From Gemmata obscuriglobus (GTDB lineage Bacteria; Planctomycetota; Planctomycetia; Gemmatales; Gemmataceae): a stretch of 32,000 nt of DNA. Below, piece after piece: positions 1-8,731 of the stretch; position 1 is the stretch's first letter, and every line of letters begins with the position of its first letter. Under the pieces are notes generated by a model that did no database searches, was not told the origin of the DNA, and saw only the letters and a list, made by a program, of their open reading frames with translations. The position numbers and the translations under genes are program-made. The stretch covers positions 4,350,001 through 4,382,000 of the forward strand of contig NZ_CP042911.1 of the NCBI RefSeq assembly GCF_008065095.1. Reading direction: 5' to 3'.

Positions 1-1139
1 ACCCCAAGTGTGAGGCCGAGCGCGAGCCCCATCAGCAGCTCGCGCCGTAGCACCCGCTTCCAGTCGCGCGGGCGGGCGAAGCCGAGCGCCATCGCCCGTG
101 TCACCAGTGTGGCCGCCTGGGTGCCCGAGTTGCCGCCGGTTGAGATGCAGAGCGGAACGAACAGCGCGAGCACCACTACGGTCGCGATCAGTTCCTCGAA
201 AAACTCCATCACCGTGAACGTTGCCAGTTCGGCCACGAAGAGCACCGCGAGCCACTGGACGCGGCTCCGCCACACCCGGTAGAAACTTGCGTTCAGGTAG
301 TCGCTCTCGATCGGCCCGACCGCCGCCTGGCGCTGTAAGTCCTCGGTGGCCTCCTCGCGCACCACGTCGAGCACGTCGTCGTGGGTGACGATGCCAAGGA
401 GCCCGAACTGCTCGTCCACCACCGGCGCGGCCAGAAAGTCGTACCGGGCAAACAGTTGCGCGACCTGCTCCTGGTCCTCGTCGTGCCGGAGCGTGACGAG
501 GTCCGTTTCCATCAGCTCGCGGATCAGGGCGTGCCGGGGGGCTAGGATTAGGTCCCGCAGCGACACCACACCTAGCAGCCGGCGCGGCGCGAGTGAGCCG
601 TCGCCGCGCCGGTTCGGGTCGTCCAGGACGTAGATGTAGTAAATGGTTTCGCGGTCCGGGGCTTCCTGTCGGAGCTGGTCGATGGCCTCGGCGGCGGTGA
701 GCGTGCCCGGCAGCCAGGCGTAGTCGGTCGTCATCAGCGCGCCGACCGTGTTCTCCCCGTACTGGAACAGCGTCGCGATGTCCTTGCGGTCGGCCTCGGC
801 CACCAGCCGCATGACCGATTCCGTCACCCGCCCCGGGAGCCGCCGGAGCAGGTCCACGCGGTCGTCGTGCGACATCTTCGAGAGCAACTCGCCCATCTGC
901 GGGCGGGCCTTCTCGGCCATCAGGACCTGTTGGGCCGGGGTGAGGTACTCGAACACCGACGCCTGCGTCCGGATGTTCGCGTTGCTGATGACCTCCCAGA
1001 TCTGCTCCGGGCTGAACTCGTCGTCGAGCGCCTCGGCCACCGTCGCGGGGTGCAACTCCTCGCAGAACTCCCGCAACCCGATGGCGTTCTTCTCCGCGAG
1101 CATCATCCGGATCTCGGGGCTGAACAGCGGGTGAACCAT
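1..1139 (-). CDS. mgtE: Mg2+ transporter MgtE (3' end runs off the left edge)
   Basis: My reverse translation from the ATG (complement of 1137-1139) gives MVHPLFSPEIRMMLAEKN... It has an N-domain, two CBS-like segments (LLGVVSLRDLI, LLGIVTHDDVLDVV) and a TM region with FVPLCISTGGNSGTQAA. It is absent from the ORF track because there is no stop in the window. Confidence 0.88.
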   Translation of the reverse strand, partial: MVHPLFSPEIRMMLAEKNAIGLREFCEELHPATVAEALDDEFSPEQIWEVISNANIRTQASVFEYLTPAQQVLMAEKARPQMGELLSKMSHDDRVDLLRRLPGRVTESVMRLVAEADRKDIATLFQYGENTVGALMTTDYAWLPGTLTAAEAIDQLRQEAPDRETIYYIYVLDDPNRRGDGSLAPRRLLGVVSLRDLILAPRHALIRELMETDLVTLRHDEDQEQVAQLFARYDFLAAPVVDEQFGLLGIVTHDDVLDVVREEATEDLQRQAAVGPIESDYLNASFYRVWRSRVQWLAVLFVAELATFTVMEFFEELIATVVVLALFVPLCISTGGNSGTQAATLVTRAMALGFARPRDWKRVLRRELLMGLALGLTLG

Positions 1140-1202
1140 CGGGCACCAGTGCGGAGTTCGGAGTGCGGGGCTCGGAACGAAGGCCGGGTCGGGTGCGGTT
1201 CC

Positions 1203-2075
1203 TTACTCCACGTCCCGCGTCCCGCATTCCGCGAGCGAAAGGTTGTCGATGAGCCGCGTGGTGCCGAGGAACACCGCGACCGCCGCGACCGCGGGGCGGT
1301 CCAACCGTGCGAGGGGCTGGACCGTTTCGGCGTCCACGACGCGCGCGTAATCGACCCGCGCGCCCGGTATCGCGGACAGTTCGGCGTGAAGCGCCGATTC
1401 GAGCCGGGCGGCGTCGACCTCGCCGGCCCGGACGCGCTCACGCGCCACCCGAAGCGCCTGCTGGATGCGCGGCGCGACGGCGCGCTCGGCGGGGCTCAGG
1501 TAGCGGTTGCGGGAACTGAGCGCGAGCCCGTCCGGCTCGCGCACGGTCGGCTCGACGCGGACCCGGACCGGCACGTCGAGGTCCCGGACCATCTGCACGA
1601 TGATGCGGGCCTGCTGGTAGTCTTTTGAGCCGAAGAACGCCACGTCCGGCGCCACGATGTTGAACAGCTTCAGCACGACCGTACACACGCCGCGGAAGTG
1701 CCCGGGGCGGGCGGCTCCGCACAGGTGGTCGCCGAGCTTGGCCACGTCCACGGACGTGACCGCCCCTGCGGGGTACATCTCTGCGACGCCCGGGGCGAAA
1801 ATCAGGTCGGCGCCGGAGCCCGCGCACACCCGCTGATCGGCTTCGAGGGTGCGCGGGTATTTGGCGAAGTCTTCGTTCGGCCCGAACTGGGTCGGGTTCA
1901 CGAAGATCGACACCACCACGAAGTCGGTCGCGGCGCGGGCCGCACGCACCAGGGCCGCGTGCCCTTCGTGGAGCGCGCCCATCGTGGGCACGAACCCGAC
2001 GGTCTTGCCGGCGGCGCGAGCCCCGGAGACGGCGTTCCGCACGTCGGCGATGGTCGGTGCAATGGGCGTCAGCAT
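1203..2075 (-). CDS. panC: pantoate--beta-alanine ligase
   Basis: The 290 aa ORF has the PanC signatures VPTMGALHEGH, VSIFVNPTQF, FGSKDYQQ and SSRN. Confidence 0.93.
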   Translation of the reverse strand: MLTPIAPTIADVRNAVSGARAAGKTVGFVPTMGALHEGHAALVRAARAATDFVVVSIFVNPTQFGPNEDFAKYPRTLEADQRVCAGSGADLIFAPGVAEMYPAGAVTSVDVAKLGDHLCGAARPGHFRGVCTVVLKLFNIVAPDVAFFGSKDYQQARIIVQMVRDLDVPVRVRVEPTVREPDGLALSSRNRYLSPAERAVAPRIQQALRVARERVRAGEVDAARLESALHAELSAIPGARVDYARVVDAETVQPLARLDRPAVAAVAVFLGTTRLIDNLSLAECGTRDVE

Positions 2076-2117
2076 GGTTTGTGCCTCGTGGCCCGGGCCG
2101 TCCCGTGCGCGATTCGA

Positions 2118-2681
2118 TCAGGCGAGCGGCGAGCCCTGCGTCTGGAGAACCATTGAGAGGTACGAGCGCGGTTCCTGTTCCGTTAGCCCGAGTTCGGTCG
2201 CCGCAGCCAGCAGAACGGTTTTGGCCGCGTCGTATTGCGCCTCGTCGGCGAGAATTTCGAGCTCCACAAACGCGCCCACCCCGTCGACCGTATCGAAACA
2301 GGCTTCCAGGTCGAAGCCGTCGCGGGCGAACTGGTACACCCGGCGCTTCTTCTTCACCGTGGTAACCGGCGTGTAGCCGAGCGCCACCAGGAGGCGCTGC
2401 ATGTCCGCGGCGGCGGTGTCGCCGTCCCCGAGCGGGACCTCGATCTCGGGCCGGGTTTTCGTCTCGGTGTCGCGCCGCGGCCCTTTGTAAGTGAGGCAGT
2501 TCTTGGGGCCGATACGGCGCAGCCGGAACGCCTCGTCGGACGCCTTCAGGTCGCGGTCGGGCGCCTGAAAGTACAGGTCCAGGTCGGTGCGGTCCTGGGC
2601 GAGCGTGGCCCCCCATTCGAGGAGCGTGGCGACGGCCGCGGTGCGGTCGGCGTTCCGGTACTTCACTTCGACTTCGAGCAT
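2118..2681 (-). CDS. CYTH-domain protein (class IV adenylate cyclase / CyaB-like)
   Basis: I trimmed the track ORF 2118..2780 to the internal ATG (complement of 2679-2681). The product then starts MLEVEVKY, the ExExK CYTH signature, and is about 187 aa. Confidence 0.72.
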   Translation of the reverse strand: MLEVEVKYRNADRTAAVATLLEWGATLAQDRTDLDLYFQAPDRDLKASDEAFRLRRIGPKNCLTYKGPRRDTETKTRPEIEVPLGDGDTAAADMQRLLVALGYTPVTTVKKKRRVYQFARDGFDLEACFDTVDGVGAFVELEILADEAQYDAAKTVLLAAATELGLTEQEPRSYLSMVLQTQGSPLA

Positions 2682-2773
2682 GTGACCCTTCAAGCCTCTG
2701 GGGGCGCTCCCGCTGGCTAACATATTAGTGGTACAGTAGGGACGGACATCCGCGAACCGCAGGAGCGTGAGGC

Positions 2774-3085
2774 GTGCCACACAAGATCAGCGTCGCGAAA
2801 GTGGCGGACATCCCGGACGGCTCCAGCATCGTCGTGAACGTCCGCAAGACGGACATCGCGATCTTTAACGTGAAGGGCGCCTACTTCGCGGTGGACGACC
2901 TGTGCCCGCACATGGGCGCCTCGCTGTCGGGCGGGTTCGTCGAGGACGGGTGCGTGACGTGCCCGTGGCACTACTGGCGGTTCAAACTCGCCGACGGTGC
3001 TTGGGCCGACAACCCGAAGGTGAGGCTCGGGGCGTACCCGGTTCACGTGGACGGCGACAGCGTGCAACTGGAACTGCCGGATTGA
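2774..3085 (+). CDS. Rieske [2Fe-2S] domain protein (NirD-like small subunit)
   Basis: GTG start, 103 aa. It has the Rieske ligand motifs CPHMG and CPWHYW. Confidence 0.8.
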   Translation: MPHKISVAKVADIPDGSSIVVNVRKTDIAIFNVKGAYFAVDDLCPHMGASLSGGFVEDGCVTCPWHYWRFKLADGAWADNPKVRLGAYPVHVDGDSVQLELPD

Positions 3086-3120
3086 CCAGCTCTTGTTCGT
3101 GACCGAAGGGGGGGCGACAC

Positions 3121-3612
3121 ATGGGACGCGCACGGTTTTGGTTCGCGGCGGTACTGCTCGGGCCGGCGTGCGCGTTCGTGCCGGTCGCGCAGTCACAGCC
3201 GGCACAACCCGCTCAGTTCAAAAAGGCGGCGCCGAAGCTCGAACCGGTTGCCGACACCAAATTGCTTATGGAAGGTCTGGCGGACCCCAACGTTCGCGCG
3301 CTCGGAAAGCTGTTCGCGGCCACGCCGAAGGACGCGGAAGCATGGGCGTTCGCCCGCGGACAGTCGCTGCTGTTGGCAGAACTGGGCAACCTGTTACTCA
3401 TGCGCCCGCCGCGAACGAAAAAGGGCCTGGAGCCGTGGCTCGCGCACGCCGCGGACCTCCGCGAACAGGCGGGTGCGCTCGCCAGAGCCAGCGCGGCGAA
3501 GGAGTACCTCCCGGCGCGGGCCGCTCTGGCCGGCGTCGCGAACGCGTGCAACCGGTGCCACCAGTCGTTCCGGGTGGGGGTGCGGGTGGACCCGTTTCCG
3601 GAGGACCGGTAG
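3121..3612 (+). CDS. secreted c-type cytochrome (cytochrome c'-like, C-terminal haem site)
   Basis: It has an N-terminal signal-like segment (FWFAAVLLGPACAFVPVAQS) and a single CNRCH (CxxCH) motif near the C-terminus. 163 aa. Confidence 0.62.
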   Translation: MGRARFWFAAVLLGPACAFVPVAQSQPAQPAQFKKAAPKLEPVADTKLLMEGLADPNVRALGKLFAATPKDAEAWAFARGQSLLLAELGNLLLMRPPRTKKGLEPWLAHAADLREQAGALARASAAKEYLPARAALAGVANACNRCHQSFRVGVRVDPFPEDR

Positions 3613-3754
3613 CGGTGGCTGCTTGACACGCGGTTGCCGGCATCCTACTTTGAGCGCGCTCCGAGGCCAAAATTCGGTCCCGTCGCGGGCGAAGTATCTG
3701 CAAGTCGCCGCACGGCCCCGCGCACCCCAGTCCCAAACCGAGAGCCGTCCCAAG

Positions 3755-4636
3755 ATGTCCAGCTCCACGAACCCGGAATCCTCCCCGCCGGTCGGGTCGC
3801 TCCCCCGCCCGGTCCCCAAGAAGCGGGAGATCAAGCTCATCAGCCACTCGATGCTGTTCTACTGGTGGCCCATCTGGCTGCTCGGGTTCCTGTTCGCCGT
3901 CTGGACGTGGAACGAGGACCACCGGCTGGCGATCGTCCCGCCCGGCTCGAAGGTCACCATCGTCGAGGGCGGCCCACAATCCGATACGACGGCGTACAAG
4001 ATCTCGGTGAAGAACCCGACCACGCAGTCGCTCGAGAAGGCCCGCGATGCGACCGAGAAGGCCGGCGCCGAGCCGTCGTTCCGCACCCGCGTGTCGCGGC
4101 ACGCGTGGATGGGGCCGCTGTTCTGTGTGGTGCTGCTGCTGACGGTGGTCATAACCAACGTGCAGTTGCGCGGCCTGTGGTCGTTCCTCGTGCTGCTCCT
4201 GATCTTGGTGGTGGCGCTGCTGATCACCCTGATCCCGGACGGCTGGGAGAAGCTGCTGAGCACGCTGAACGGGCTGCACATTTACATCAACATGGCCGGG
4301 TACCTGTTCATCGCGACGGTGGTGTTCATCCTGTGGGCCGTGTCGGTGTTCCTGTTCGACCAGCGCACCTACATCATCGTGACCCCGGGACAGATCCGTG
4401 TGTGCGAGCACGTGGGCGCGTCGATCCGCACCTTCGACACCACCGGGCTGTCGTTCGAGAAGCAGCGGGACGACATGTTCCGCCACTGGCTGCTCGGGTT
4501 CTTCTCCGGTGACCTGATCGTGCGGACGTCCGGTGCCGAAAAGGAGACGATCCGGCTCCCGAACGTTCTGTGGATCGGCTGGCGGCTGGAAGAGGTCCAG
4601 CAGTTGCTCGCCGAGAAGGCCACGGTGGCGGCTTGA
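3755..4636 (+). CDS. integral membrane protein, function unknown
   Basis: I trimmed the track ORF 3248..4636 to the in-frame ATG at 3755, where protein-like sequence begins (MSSSTNPESS...). It has about 4 hydrophobic helices (FYWWPIWLLGFLFAVW, LFCVVLLLTVVI, FLVLLLILVVALLITLI, YLFIATVVFILWAVSVFLF). Confidence 0.6.
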   Translation: MSSSTNPESSPPVGSLPRPVPKKREIKLISHSMLFYWWPIWLLGFLFAVWTWNEDHRLAIVPPGSKVTIVEGGPQSDTTAYKISVKNPTTQSLEKARDATEKAGAEPSFRTRVSRHAWMGPLFCVVLLLTVVITNVQLRGLWSFLVLLLILVVALLITLIPDGWEKLLSTLNGLHIYINMAGYLFIATVVFILWAVSVFLFDQRTYIIVTPGQIRVCEHVGASIRTFDTTGLSFEKQRDDMFRHWLLGFFSGDLIVRTSGAEKETIRLPNVLWIGWRLEEVQQLLAEKATVAA

Positions 4637-4653
4637 GGCCGGCCAGAAACTCG

Positions 4654-4695
4654 AACACGGGCGGCGCGATCGTGGTCGCGCCGCCCGTGTTTGTT
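4654..4695. terminator. bidirectional hairpin between convergent genes
   Basis: AACACGGGCGGCGCGA (4654-4669) pairs perfectly with TCGCGCCGCCCGTGTT (4676-4691) across a 6 nt loop. It is followed by TGTT. Confidence 0.55.
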
Positions 4696-4723
4696 AACCG
4701 CCCGCTCTGCTTGCTCCCTTAAC

Positions 4724-5215
4724 CTACTCCTTGATTTCTTCCTTCACCAAGTTGATGTAGAAAGTACCCTTCTTCTCCTCGACCTTCTTGGCCAGCAGGG
4801 CCTCGGCTTCGACCTTCTGGTTGTACGGGAACTTTTCGACCACCTTGCTGCCGTTGTCGAACACCACCCACACGGCCCGGGTGCGGACCTCCTTCGCGAC
4901 CCGCGTGCGCTTGGTCGGAGCTTTCTTGGTGGCGGCCTTTTTGGCGACCTTCTTTTTCTTCTTCTTCGGCTTTTCGTCGTCATCGTCCCCGGCGTCGTCG
5001 TCCCCGCCGGCGTCGCTGTCGAGATCCGCATCTATGTCAACGTCCGCGTCGGCATCGACTTCCGCTTCGGCGTCGACCTCCGCGTCCTCAGAGTCCTCGT
5101 CCTCGTCTTCCTCTTCCTCTTCGACCTCTGTGCCCTCGGTCTCTTCCTCCCGCTGCCGCGCCTCCAGCGCCTCGGCCTCGCGCCGCAGGTCTTTCCGGCT
5201 CCGACCCCTCGCCAT
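4724..5215 (-). CDS. hypothetical protein with an acidic D/E tract, a lysine-rich tract and a small C-terminal domain
   Basis: I trimmed the track ORF 4724..5281 to the ATG (complement of 5213-5215), giving MARGRSRKDL... It has a long EEEEDEDEDSED / DADADVDIDADLD region, then KKKKKKVAKK. Confidence 0.5.
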   Translation of the reverse strand: MARGRSRKDLRREAEALEARQREEETEGTEVEEEEEDEDEDSEDAEVDAEAEVDADADVDIDADLDSDAGGDDDAGDDDDEKPKKKKKKVAKKAATKKAPTKRTRVAKEVRTRAVWVVFDNGSKVVEKFPYNQKVEAEALLAKKVEEKKGTFYINLVKEEIKE

Positions 5216-5305
5216 GTGCGCCCCTCCGAACGAAATGCGTATTGCAACCGTTAAGCTAAGTGACGGTGAGGGAACTGACAAGGTTCGCCCCCCCGCCGGG
5301 GCGGG

Positions 5306-6358
5306 TCAGATCCACCGCTTCCAGCGGAAGAACACGACCGACGCCAGCCCGGTGGCCAGCATCGCCGCCAGCGCGACCGGGTATCCGTACTCCCACTCCA
5401 GCTCCGGCATGTGCTTGAAGTTCATGCCGTACACGCTGGAGATCAGCGTGAGGGGCAGTATGGTGGTCGAGATCATGGCCAGCACCTTCATGACCTCGTT
5501 GAGCCGGTTCGACACCGCCGCGAGGTGCGTTTCGCCCATGTCGCTCACCATTTCGCGGGCCGCCTCGATCAGCTCCGTGTACCGCACCAAGTGGTCGTAC
5601 ACGTTGCGGTAGTAGACGATCTCGCGGGCCTCCACCAGCTCGAACTCGCCGCGGATCAGCCGGGCCAGCACCTCCCGCTCGATGATGAGCGTCTTCCGCA
5701 TCCCGGTGACCACCCGCTTGAGCCGCAGAATGCGGTGGATCAGCTTGGGCGACGGGTTAGTGAAAATGCGCGCCTCCAGGTGGTCGAGCTTGGTCGCCAC
5801 CCACTCGACCACCGGGGCGTACTCGTCCACCATCGCGTCGAGCACGATGTGGAACACGTAGTCCGGGCCGCGCCGGGCCGAGTCGCCGTGTCGCGACAGG
5901 TACCGGTGCGCCGTTTCGATACAGGCGAGCCGCTCCAGCGAGTGCGTGATGAGGACGCTGTGCGACAGCACCGCGCTGAGCTGCGGGCGGTGCCGGTGCA
6001 GCAGCCGGGACGCCGACGGCAGCCGTTCCGCGCCGGGCGGGCGCCCGGCGCCGGCGGCCATCGCGACCAGCCCGGGCGGGAGCGGGTTCACGATCACGAA
6101 CAGGTAGTCCGGGAACTCTTCGACTTTCGGGAAGTGCGCGCCGCGGTCGGGCTCGCGGCGGATGCGGGTGACGTCCTCGAGCGACAGCGGGTGAACCGGC
6201 AGGAACTTCTGGAAGACCGCGGCCTCTTCCTCGGGCGTGGGGTCGCTCAGGTCGACCCAAACGAACTCGTCCGCGGCGATGCCGGCGGCCGATTCGGGCA
6301 GCCCCTCGGGGCCGGTTTCCTTGCAGGACGAGCCGTTCCAACGGCGGACGGTGATCAT
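5306..6358 (-). CDS. corA: CorA-family Mg2+/Co2+ transporter
   Basis: 350 aa. It has the YGMNF signature (VYGMNFKHMPE) followed by a final TM helix at the C-terminus. Confidence 0.9.
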   Translation of the reverse strand: MITVRRWNGSSCKETGPEGLPESAAGIAADEFVWVDLSDPTPEEEAAVFQKFLPVHPLSLEDVTRIRREPDRGAHFPKVEEFPDYLFVIVNPLPPGLVAMAAGAGRPPGAERLPSASRLLHRHRPQLSAVLSHSVLITHSLERLACIETAHRYLSRHGDSARRGPDYVFHIVLDAMVDEYAPVVEWVATKLDHLEARIFTNPSPKLIHRILRLKRVVTGMRKTLIIEREVLARLIRGEFELVEAREIVYYRNVYDHLVRYTELIEAAREMVSDMGETHLAAVSNRLNEVMKVLAMISTTILPLTLISSVYGMNFKHMPELEWEYGYPVALAAMLATGLASVVFFRWKRWI

Positions 6359-6528
6359 GGGGTTCCGGATGCGAATAACTGAATCGGCACGGCCCGGGTT
6401 GCGTCTAGATTCCTATGGAGCGGCGCGGGGAACGGCGCGGGCGCGAGAAGCGCCTTGTAAGTCGCCGCTCTGGTGCGGGTAGAATACGCGGCGTCCGGTC
6501 CGACCTTGCCCGCACGCGTACCCCCGAC

Positions 6529-7122
6529 ATGGCACCCGCCGCGCCCCACGCCCCCGCGATCGCACCGACCGACGACGCGCTGCTGGCGCGGTTCGCGGCC
6601 GGCGACCGTTCGGCGCTCGACGACCTGTTCCGTCGGTACCGGGGTGTGGCGTACCGGGTGGCGTATCGGCTGCTGGGGTGTGAGGCCGACGCGCTCGACG
6701 CGGTCCAAGACGGGTTCGTGAACGCGCTCACGCACCTCGATCGCTTCGTGGGCCGCAGCTCCTTCAAGACGTGGCTGCTGCGGGTGGTGTGTAACGCCGC
6801 CCACGACATCGGCCGACAGCGCAAGCGGAACGAGCGGATGCCTCAAGCGCCGGCTCAGTTCTCGTTCGATGAGCTCCGGGCGGCCGACCCGCCCCCCGCC
6901 GACGGCGGACTGGTTCGGGCCGATTTGCGCCGCATCCTTGATGCGGCGCTCGCCCGGCTACCGGAGGTTCAAAGGCGGACGTTCGTCTTGCATGTCGAGG
7001 GCGAGTTGACCTATCGTGAAGTGGCCGACGCGCTGGGGATCTCGATCGGCACCGTGATGAGCCGCCTGTTTTACGCACGCCAGAAGTTGAAGGAACTGCT
7101 CGCGGGTTACCAACAGCCATGA
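6529..7122 (+). CDS. ECF-type RNA polymerase sigma-70 factor
   Basis: The in-frame ATG at 6529 gives MAPAAPH... Region 2 (LFRRYRGVAYRVAYRLLG...DAVQDGF) and a region 4 HTH (LTYREVADALGISIGTVMSRLFYARQKL) are present. Confidence 0.85.
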   Translation: MAPAAPHAPAIAPTDDALLARFAAGDRSALDDLFRRYRGVAYRVAYRLLGCEADALDAVQDGFVNALTHLDRFVGRSSFKTWLLRVVCNAAHDIGRQRKRNERMPQAPAQFSFDELRAADPPPADGGLVRADLRRILDAALARLPEVQRRTFVLHVEGELTYREVADALGISIGTVMSRLFYARQKLKELLAGYQQP

Positions 7123-7682
7123 CCACCCTCCCGAACGACAACCCGAACCGCCCGGACCCGTTCGGCGGGTACATTGCCGGCGCGCGCGAGGCTGTGGACG
7201 CCGTTCGCCCGGACGAGCCCAGCGAGGACCAGTGGCGCGCTGTGCTGGGCGGTGTGCGCGTGGGGCTCGCCGCCGCTACCGAGCCGGCTCGTTCCGCGCC
7301 CCCGCGCTGGCACCGCACCGCGCTCGTGGCCGGTGCGGTGGCACTCGCGGCGGTAGCCGCCGCGGTCGTGTGGGTTCCGTTCGCGCCTGTGGTTAACCCG
7401 GCCGGCGTCACCAAGTCGGGACCTGTGGTTCCGGTCGGGCCGGAACCGCCGGCCGACCCCCTGGCAGGGTTCGATGTACTGCCGTTGGCGAGTGCCGAAG
7501 AGGTGGACCTGCACCGTGTGCCCGGTTCCGGTTGGCTCCCCGTCGGACATGACCCCCTCCCGGCGGCGCTTGTTCTGGCAACCAACCAGGACATCGAACT
7601 GGACGATCCCGATTCGACGTGGTCCCAGGTGACGCCATCGCCCGGAGACGCGCCGGTGATTTTCGCATCAAAGCCCAGGTGA
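7119..7682 (+). CDS. putative anti-sigma factor (single-pass membrane protein)
   Basis: It has an ATGA overlap with the sigma gene stop. One TM helix is present (ALVAGAVALAAVAAAVVWV). The call rests on position and topology only. Confidence 0.45.
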   Translation: MTTLPNDNPNRPDPFGGYIAGAREAVDAVRPDEPSEDQWRAVLGGVRVGLAAATEPARSAPPRWHRTALVAGAVALAAVAAAVVWVPFAPVVNPAGVTKSGPVVPVGPEPPADPLAGFDVLPLASAEEVDLHRVPGSGWLPVGHDPLPAALVLATNQDIELDDPDSTWSQVTPSPGDAPVIFASKPR

Positions 7683-7685
7683 CTC

Positions 7686-8123
7686 ATGTCCGCCGTGCTG
7701 GCCGCGCTCCTGTTCGTCACGTGCCAGGCCGAGCCGCCGGTGCGTGTCACGGTCGTGATCGTTCTGGCGACGAACCAGAACGCGGTCGTCGATGCGAAGC
7801 TGAAGGACCTTGCGAAGGAAGTGCAGAAACGCGACCCGAAGCTGACCGGCTTCAAACTGGTCGCGACCGAATGCAAGTCGATCCCGGTCGGTGGGTCCGA
7901 GGTCATCACGCTAACCGACAAGCAGGAACTCAAGATCCAAGTGGACAAGGCGAAGGACGCGAACGGGCGGATCAGTATGACCCTCAACCCGCCCGCTATG
8001 GACTCGGTCACCTATGCGTGCGCGTGTGAAAAGTTCTTCCCGGTGGTCACGCCGCACCGCACGAAAGCGGGCGAACAACTCATCATCGCGGTGATGGCAA
8101 AGCCCTGCACGTTGAAGAAGTGA
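7686..8123 (+). CDS. hypothetical secreted protein or lipoprotein
   Basis: 145 aa with a hydrophobic N-terminus (MSAVLAALLFVTCQA). It lies directly downstream of the sigma/anti-sigma pair. Confidence 0.4.
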   Translation: MSAVLAALLFVTCQAEPPVRVTVVIVLATNQNAVVDAKLKDLAKEVQKRDPKLTGFKLVATECKSIPVGGSEVITLTDKQELKIQVDKAKDANGRISMTLNPPAMDSVTYACACEKFFPVVTPHRTKAGEQLIIAVMAKPCTLKK

Positions 8124-8600
8124 GGCTGCCCGGTCTTGAGTTGGTTTCCTGTCGTCGGGTACGAATGGGGTTGTAGCCATGGGGGCCGAGTTCGTTCCTC
8201 CTGGCGGCTGTGGTGCATGAGGCAACTTCGGAGGGTCCGAACCCTGGGTTCAGGTTTGCGGTTGTGGTTAGATAGTTCGCAGGCAATTACACCTGCCACC
8301 GTGGCGGCCACCCACGCTCCGCTTGCGTGGCTACGGCATCTGTTCCGTCGCAAGCCGGATCACCGGACTGGCCCGGCTGCGGATCGCAAGCGGAAACGAT
8401 CTTTGCGTAAAAGTATATCGCTTATCGAATCAATTGTGCGATCGCATTTTATGTCATTTGGGTGGTGTCTAACGCGTCATTCCTGCAATCGATGGTAGCA
8501 GAAGTTGGCCACCCAATCACCGCCCGCAGAACTTTGCCTTATCACTTTATTAGCCAGTCGATCGCAATTTTGTTATAGTGAGTGTGCGTTGAATAGCTGT

Positions 8601-8637
8601 GCAAACAAAAATGCCCCGGCGGACCTCCCGCCGGGGC
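8601..8637 (-). terminator. intrinsic terminator downstream of the integrase gene
   Basis: The minus strand reads GCCCCGGCGG-GAGGT-CCGCCGGGGC (10 bp stem) followed by ATTTTTGTTTGC. Confidence 0.55.
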
Positions 8638-8731
8638 GGCACTCTGGGGAAGAGTTTTTCCCTTAGTTGCAAAGCGTTTCAATTGATGCGGTTGCGATAG
8701 GCTTTCTGCATCTCGCCACCTTATCGCCACT

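Noticed and set aside
3248-3754. The N-terminal 169 codons of track ORF 3248-4636, plus similar extended N-termini of ORFs 2118-2780, 4724-5281, 6415-7122, 12448-14079 and 13823-15043.
   Set aside because: The extensions overlap upstream genes or the tRNA and are Arg/Pro-rich. Internal starts coincide with the onset of protein-like sequence and with start/stop coupling.
8136-8400. A tRNA, tmRNA or the missing half of the truncated attC at the left junction. This includes CACCTGCCACCGTGGCGG at 8290-8307 and ATCACCGGA at about 8353-8361, which echo parts of the repeat.
   Set aside because: I could not fold a cloverleaf or T-arm on either strand. The matches to the repeat are only 7-9 nt, in the wrong order, and within chance expectation for GC-rich DNA.
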